This document shows, piece after piece, positions 59,942-64,000 of a stretch of DNA of 64,000 nucleotides (the stretch's first letter is position 1; every line of letters starts with the position of its first letter). The stretch is from Candidatus Culexmicrobium cathedralense (GTDB taxonomy: Archaea; Thermoproteota; Methanomethylicia; Culexarchaeales; Culexmicrobiaceae). Under the pieces are notes generated by a model, which saw only the letters and a program-made list of their open reading frames with translations, made no database searches and was not told where the DNA came from. Both the position numbers and the translations under genes were made by a program. The stretch lies in the NCBI GenBank assembly GCA_025061115.1, contig JANZKC010000001.1, positions 384,001 to 448,000 on the forward strand, given 5' to 3'.

Positions 59942-60721
59942 CTACAAGCTTAAAAGATCTACTATTGCCTTTGACCCAGCAGATGTCAGTAGCGCCCCTA
60001 TAACTCCAAGTACTATTGCAACTAACTTACCAAGATCCTGAACGAATAAGCTTCCGGTGTGTGACGGATCCTTAGTTAAATATGCACCAGCAGCGTAGCA
60101 TTCCTCCCCGATTAACACGTAGTCACAAACTATAGCGAAGAATGGTATCTGATATAGCCTAGCAGTACCAGCAATTTGGATAGCTCCAACTCTGAAGAAC
60201 GTTTCTGCGAAAATCAGCGACTCTGCGTAGAATGGTCCTACCATTATGTTTGCTGCAGGTCTTTCTCGCTCTGCAATGCCTTGCACTGCAGCTGCATAAG
60301 CGAACTGATCGCTGGAGAGATAGCGTATTGCTTCTTCGGGCTTAGCTTCCTCAGGTCTTCCTTCTGCTAAATAGGCTTGCTTATATAATTCGTGAGCAAT
60401 CGGTATAACTTCGGTTCCATATACAGAATAGATCACCGGAACCCTATACTTAGCGCAGAGCCTAGCTACTTCACCGAATACGGCTAGTCCTGCAACTGTC
60501 AATGGAGCCCAGGTTCCAGTTAGCGAATTTAATCCAGAAGTGAAGTGGACTGGCCTGCCCATCTCGGCAGCTCTACCAACAGCCTCTTCGAGCGCGTCTA
60601 GACCAGCTATTCTCCTGAAGGACACTGTCCAACCTTTCCTTATTTTGTCTATGGCTATCAATGCGATGGCCCATATTAGTATTAATGCAACAAAATCGAC
60701 TATGCGTCCCTCTACTATCAT
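59942..60721 (-). CDS. DUF6754-like membrane protein
   Basis: RRIAGLDALEEAVGRAAEMGRPV, QFAY, FYAESL, GAIQIAGT, DYVLIGEE.YAAGAYL; ATG 60721 after AGGAGAGG. Confidence 0.75.
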   Translation of the reverse strand: MIVEGRIVDFVALILIWAIALIAIDKIRKGWTVSFRRIAGLDALEEAVGRAAEMGRPVHFTSGLNSLTGTWAPLTVAGLAVFGEVARLCAKYRVPVIYSVYGTEVIPIAHELYKQAYLAEGRPEEAKPEEAIRYLSSDQFAYAAAVQGIAERERPAANIMVGPFYAESLIFAETFFRVGAIQIAGTARLYQIPFFAIVCDYVLIGEECYAAGAYLTKDPSHTGSLFVQDLGKLVAIVLGVIGALLTSAGSKAIVDLLSL

Positions 60722-60926
60722 ATATTTCCTCTCCTGTAATTTGGAAAGGCTGTAAAATAGTCTCGACCGGAGCATATATAACTTTTACCGAAAAGTGACA
60801 TGAAAATCATTATAACAGATTTATCCAATTATAAAGACTTTGAATAGGTTAAGAATATAATATGAAATATATAATATGAGGTTTAAGGCATAATACTTAA
60901 GTCCGATAATTTTACTATTAAATCAA

Positions 60927-60988
60927 GAGGATGATTGAGCTCGAAAGGGATGACCCCGTGGGATGATTGCCCCGCGCAGGGCTGACTC
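60927..60988 (+). ncRNA. Box C/D methylation-guide sRNA
   Basis: C-like AGGATGA 60928-34, 15-nt guide, D' ATGA 60950-53, C' GGGATGA 60960-66, 15-nt guide, D CTGA 60982-85. GC-rich patch in an AT-rich intergenic region. Confidence 0.75.
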
Positions 60989-61034
60989 AAAACTATGCTA
61001 ATAAAAGTCGATTACTAAATCGTAGTGACAAAAA

Positions 61035-61832
61035 TTGCGGAGCATAGCCATAATCATCATTATTGGAGCAATACAAGGCCTTATAGAGTGGATACCAATC
61101 AGTAGCAGCGGTCAAATTATAGTACTGCTAGCTCAAATCATTGGCGCTAACCCAAGCACAGCATACGATTACTCATTAGCTCTACACCTTGGAACAGCAC
61201 TTTCAGCATTAGTAGCATATAGACACAAGATCTACCGCACATTAAAAAGCATGCCGAGAAAAATTAAAAGTAAAGAGCACGTAGCACTACTACTTACATT
61301 AACGCCATCTTGCTCATTTTTAATCGGCATTCCAATATATCTTATACTAAAAATTCAACTATCAAAAATAAGTGCAAATGAAGTAAACGCTTTAATCGGC
61401 TTAGCTTTAATAGCAACCGGACTAATAAGCTACAAATCCAAGAAAAATAGCAAATTTAAAGAAATTTCAAACTTCAAAGTAAAAGAAGCCATTCTACTAG
61501 GAGCAGCGCAAGGATTATCGGTAATACCTGGAATTTCTAGAAGCGCAATAACCATAGCTCTCTTGCTCATTCTAGGATTTAAGTCCGAAGATGCATTTGA
61601 AGCATCATTCATAGCCGCAATACCCGTAACTTTTGCAGCGGGACTCGCTGAAATATTTAGAGCCCCCTCACTAAGCATTCTTGCAGGCATCTTTTCAGCA
61701 TTTGCATGTGGACTAATAGCCATGAATTTTATGCTTATGATTTCCAGGAAAGTGAAGTTCCATAAGCTCCTAATAATGCTAGGACTCATCATGATCGCGT
61801 CCTACACATTCGCCCTGATACAAAAAATTTAA
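61035..61832 (+). CDS. uppP: Undecaprenyl-diphosphate phosphatase (BacA/UppP family)
   Basis: QGLIEWIPISSSG, LHLGT, QGLSVIPGISRS. Confidence 0.88.
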   Translation: MRSIAIIIIIGAIQGLIEWIPISSSGQIIVLLAQIIGANPSTAYDYSLALHLGTALSALVAYRHKIYRTLKSMPRKIKSKEHVALLLTLTPSCSFLIGIPIYLILKIQLSKISANEVNALIGLALIATGLISYKSKKNSKFKEISNFKVKEAILLGAAQGLSVIPGISRSAITIALLLILGFKSEDAFEASFIAAIPVTFAAGLAEIFRAPSLSILAGIFSAFACGLIAMNFMLMISRKVKFHKLLIMLGLIMIASYTFALIQKI

Positions 61833-61880
61833 GTAGAAGTAATTGCGAGTGCTGTGCACAAATATGTAGGAGGTTGACGC

Positions 61881-62183
61881 TTGGGGGGACCTAAAAAGAA
61901 AAAGCCGCTCACCCGAAGAGCACCAAGAAGAAAATTTGAAGCAAAAAAACCCGAAGTCCAAAAAGTCATTAGAAGCATAGTTGCAGATGAAAATCTAGTT
62001 AAGCAAATAGAGAGGGATGTTTCAAGAATGAAGTACGTAACGCCCTACATAATTGCAACAAAATTTAACTTACGATTAAGTTTAGCTAAAAACATTCTAA
62101 AAGAGTTAACCGGAAATGGAACGCTCACGCTAATTGCTCCAAACAAAAGAGCGCCGCTCTATGCACCTGCCGCCAACAAATAG
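61881..62183 (+). CDS. rps25e: 30S ribosomal protein S25e
   Basis: MGGPKKKK, YVTPY.IA.KFNLRLSLAK.IL.EL. Confidence 0.85.
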   Translation: MGGPKKKKPLTRRAPRRKFEAKKPEVQKVIRSIVADENLVKQIERDVSRMKYVTPYIIATKFNLRLSLAKNILKELTGNGTLTLIAPNKRAPLYAPAANK

Positions 62184-62260
62184 TTTTAAATCGTTAAACA
62201 ATTGAATAAAATAAATACGCAGTATGCCATATAAATTACACGCAAGAGTTTTAAGATCTG

Positions 62261-62971
62261 TTGGAGGCCAATAAGGTGGTCTCCTTCTATGACCTAACAC
62301 TAGTTTCAGCCGTATACACTTTAGTCATAGGCATGATAGCTTTAACCGAAATTGCTAGGAAAAGGCTAAATCTAAGCACGAATTCCACAAGAAGAATTAT
62401 ACATCTATTCGCGGGAGACACAATATTACTTCTGCCGCTCTTCACCGACAGAATTTATCCCGCGCTAATACCTATTGGGCTTGCAGCCATGTTAGCGGTA
62501 GCATTTAAAACTAAAAAGAGCTTTCTAACTACAACAATGATTGAAGCAGAAGATACTTCGCTACACACTTATGGTCCAGTTTACTATATCACTTCCATTC
62601 TAATTCTCGTCCTAACTTCATGGGAAAAGAAGTATATTGCAATGGCAGCAACAATGGTGATGGCTTGGGGAGATGGAATGGCACCAATCATAGCTAGAAA
62701 GGTTAAATTCCCACATAAACACATTAACGACAGAACCTTTGAAGGCTCGCTCGCAATGCTAGCCTTCGGATTTTTAGGTGCGATCTTAGCAGTATTAATT
62801 GAAATGCAAATTGAGCACCGCTATATTGACATGCAACTAGCGCTTTTAAGAGCAGCAATAGCAAGCTTGGTCGGCACTTTAGCTGAGGCACTCTCAGTAG
62901 GGGCACTTAAGCCCTTCGACAACTTCACAGTCCCTCTCCTATCAGCTCTGGCATTGCACTTCATCAGTTAA
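62261..62971 (+). CDS. Phytol/dolichol kinase-like CTP-dependent polyprenol kinase
   Basis: RRIIH, WGDGMAPII, RTFEGS, DNFTVP. Confidence 0.8.
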   Translation: MEANKVVSFYDLTLVSAVYTLVIGMIALTEIARKRLNLSTNSTRRIIHLFAGDTILLLPLFTDRIYPALIPIGLAAMLAVAFKTKKSFLTTTMIEAEDTSLHTYGPVYYITSILILVLTSWEKKYIAMAATMVMAWGDGMAPIIARKVKFPHKHINDRTFEGSLAMLAFGFLGAILAVLIEMQIEHRYIDMQLALLRAAIASLVGTLAEALSVGALKPFDNFTVPLLSALALHFIS

Positions 62972-63027
62972 CGAAAAGCTTTTATTCAATCTCCAATTGT
63001 TCATACTTTGAAAGGTGATGTCATATT

Positions 63028-64000
63028 GTGTTGCATGTATATAACACCTTAACTAGGGAAAAGGAGATTTTCAAGCCTCTAGAACCAAATATTGTAAAAT
63101 TTTATGTGTGTGGACCAACAGTCTACGACAAGACTCACATAGGTCACGCAAGAACCTACGTGGCATTCGACGTGATAAGAAGATACTTGGAGTTCAAGGG
63201 ATTTAACGTCTTCTACGTAGTTAACATAACCGACGTCGAAGACAAAATAATAGCCAAATCCATGAAGACAGGAAAAACCTGGAGAGAAGTAGCCGACGAA
63301 TACATAGCGGACTTCTTTCAGGCTATAGATGCGCTAAACATCAAAAGAGCACACATATACCCCAGAGTTAGCGAGCACATTCAAGACATAATAAAATTCA
63401 TAGAAAAACTAATAGAAAAGGGACATGCCTACGAAGCAGAGGGAAACGTATACTTTGACGTAGACTCATTCAGCGACTATGGAAAGCTATCCAACATCAG
63501 TAGGGAGCAACTCAAAACCCAAGAGGAAGGACCTGGAAAGAAAAAGCCATATGACTTTGCGCTATGGAAAAAAGCTAAACCAGGAGAGCCCTACTGGCAA
63601 AGCCCATGGGGCCCGGGAAGACCTGGTTGGCACATAGAGTGCTCAGTCATGTCCTCCAAGTATCTGGGATCGCAATTCGACATCCACGGCGGAGGTCAAG
63701 ACTTAATATTCCCACATCACGAAAACGAAATTGCTCAAAGCGAAGCATACTTTGGAAAAAATCCTTGGGTTAAGTATTGGCTCCACACGGGAATGCTCAT
63801 AATGGGAAAGGAAAAAATGTCAAAATCGATGGGAAACGTAATAACAGTTGAAGAAATCCTTAGAAGCTATAAGCCAATGGAGCTCCGCTTCTACCTACTA
63901 AGCTGCCACTACAGAAGCCAACTAGCATACAGCGATGAGGCCATGCGCCACTCCAAAGCATCTTACATGAGAATGCTAAATGCAATATCAAGCTTACAAT
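63028..64000 (+). CDS. cysS: Cysteinyl-tRNA synthetase (runs off the window end)
   Basis: [63 protein letters not shown]. Confidence 0.96.
   Translation, partial: MLHVYNTLTREKEIFKPLEPNIVKFYVCGPTVYDKTHIGHARTYVAFDVIRRYLEFKGFNVFYVVNITDVEDKIIAKSMKTGKTWREVADEYIADFFQAIDALNIKRAHIYPRVSEHIQDIIKFIEKLIEKGHAYEAEGNVYFDVDSFSDYGKLSNISREQLKTQEEGPGKKKPYDFALWKKAKPGEPYWQSPWGPGRPGWHIECSVMSSKYLGSQFDIHGGGQDLIFPHHENEIAQSEAYFGKNPWVKYWLHTGMLIMGKEKMSKSMGNVITVEEILRSYKPMELRFYLLSCHYRSQLAYSDEAMRHSKASYMRMLNAISSLQ

Noticed and set aside
60855-60879. Direct repeat ATATAATATGA x2 between the DUF6754 operon and the sRNA
   Set aside because: Low-complexity AT-rich sequence that could arise by chance.
1-64000. CRISPR arrays, IS elements, rRNA genes
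   Set aside because: No regularly spaced repeats, transposase ORFs, terminal inverted repeats or rRNA-like stretches were seen by eye.

Overview
Archaeal chromosomal segment, most likely a thermophilic, anaerobic member of the TACK/Thermoproteota. Evidence: ribosomal protein S25e, single-OB-fold crenarchaeal-type SSB, TFB, ThyX, intron-containing tRNA and a C/D-box sRNA; the H4MPT/F420 genes suggest a Methanomethylicia-like lineage (inference). It is mostly housekeeping and peptide-fermentation genes: several peptidases, ADP-forming acetyl-CoA synthetase, guaA, thiC, thiDN, riboflavin kinase, apgM and cysS. No CRISPR array, transposase or integrase was seen. Notable points: (1) an overlapping gene pair at 42614-45317 encoding two paralogous, divergent HhH-GPD/EndoIII-like 4-Cys proteins. 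One is fused to an N-terminal prenyltransferase/squalene-cyclase (QW) repeat domain and keeps the catalytic Lys/Asp; the other lacks the Lys. This is the best candidate for an undescribed system. (2) An H4MPT C1 cluster in selective decay: ftr and fwdDB-A-C are intact, whereas mtd, mch and a nucleotidyltransferase-like gene are broken. The 815-aa ORF is a chance read-through of mtd into fwdDB. (3) An uncharacterised 4-gene DUF6754 membrane operon, an unannotated C/D-box sRNA probably guiding tRNA-Glu wobble methylation, a bacterial-like NurA plus HAS-barrel module, a stand-alone AEP, and an AT-rich ABC-exporter islet with a Trp/Cys-rich peptide remnant.
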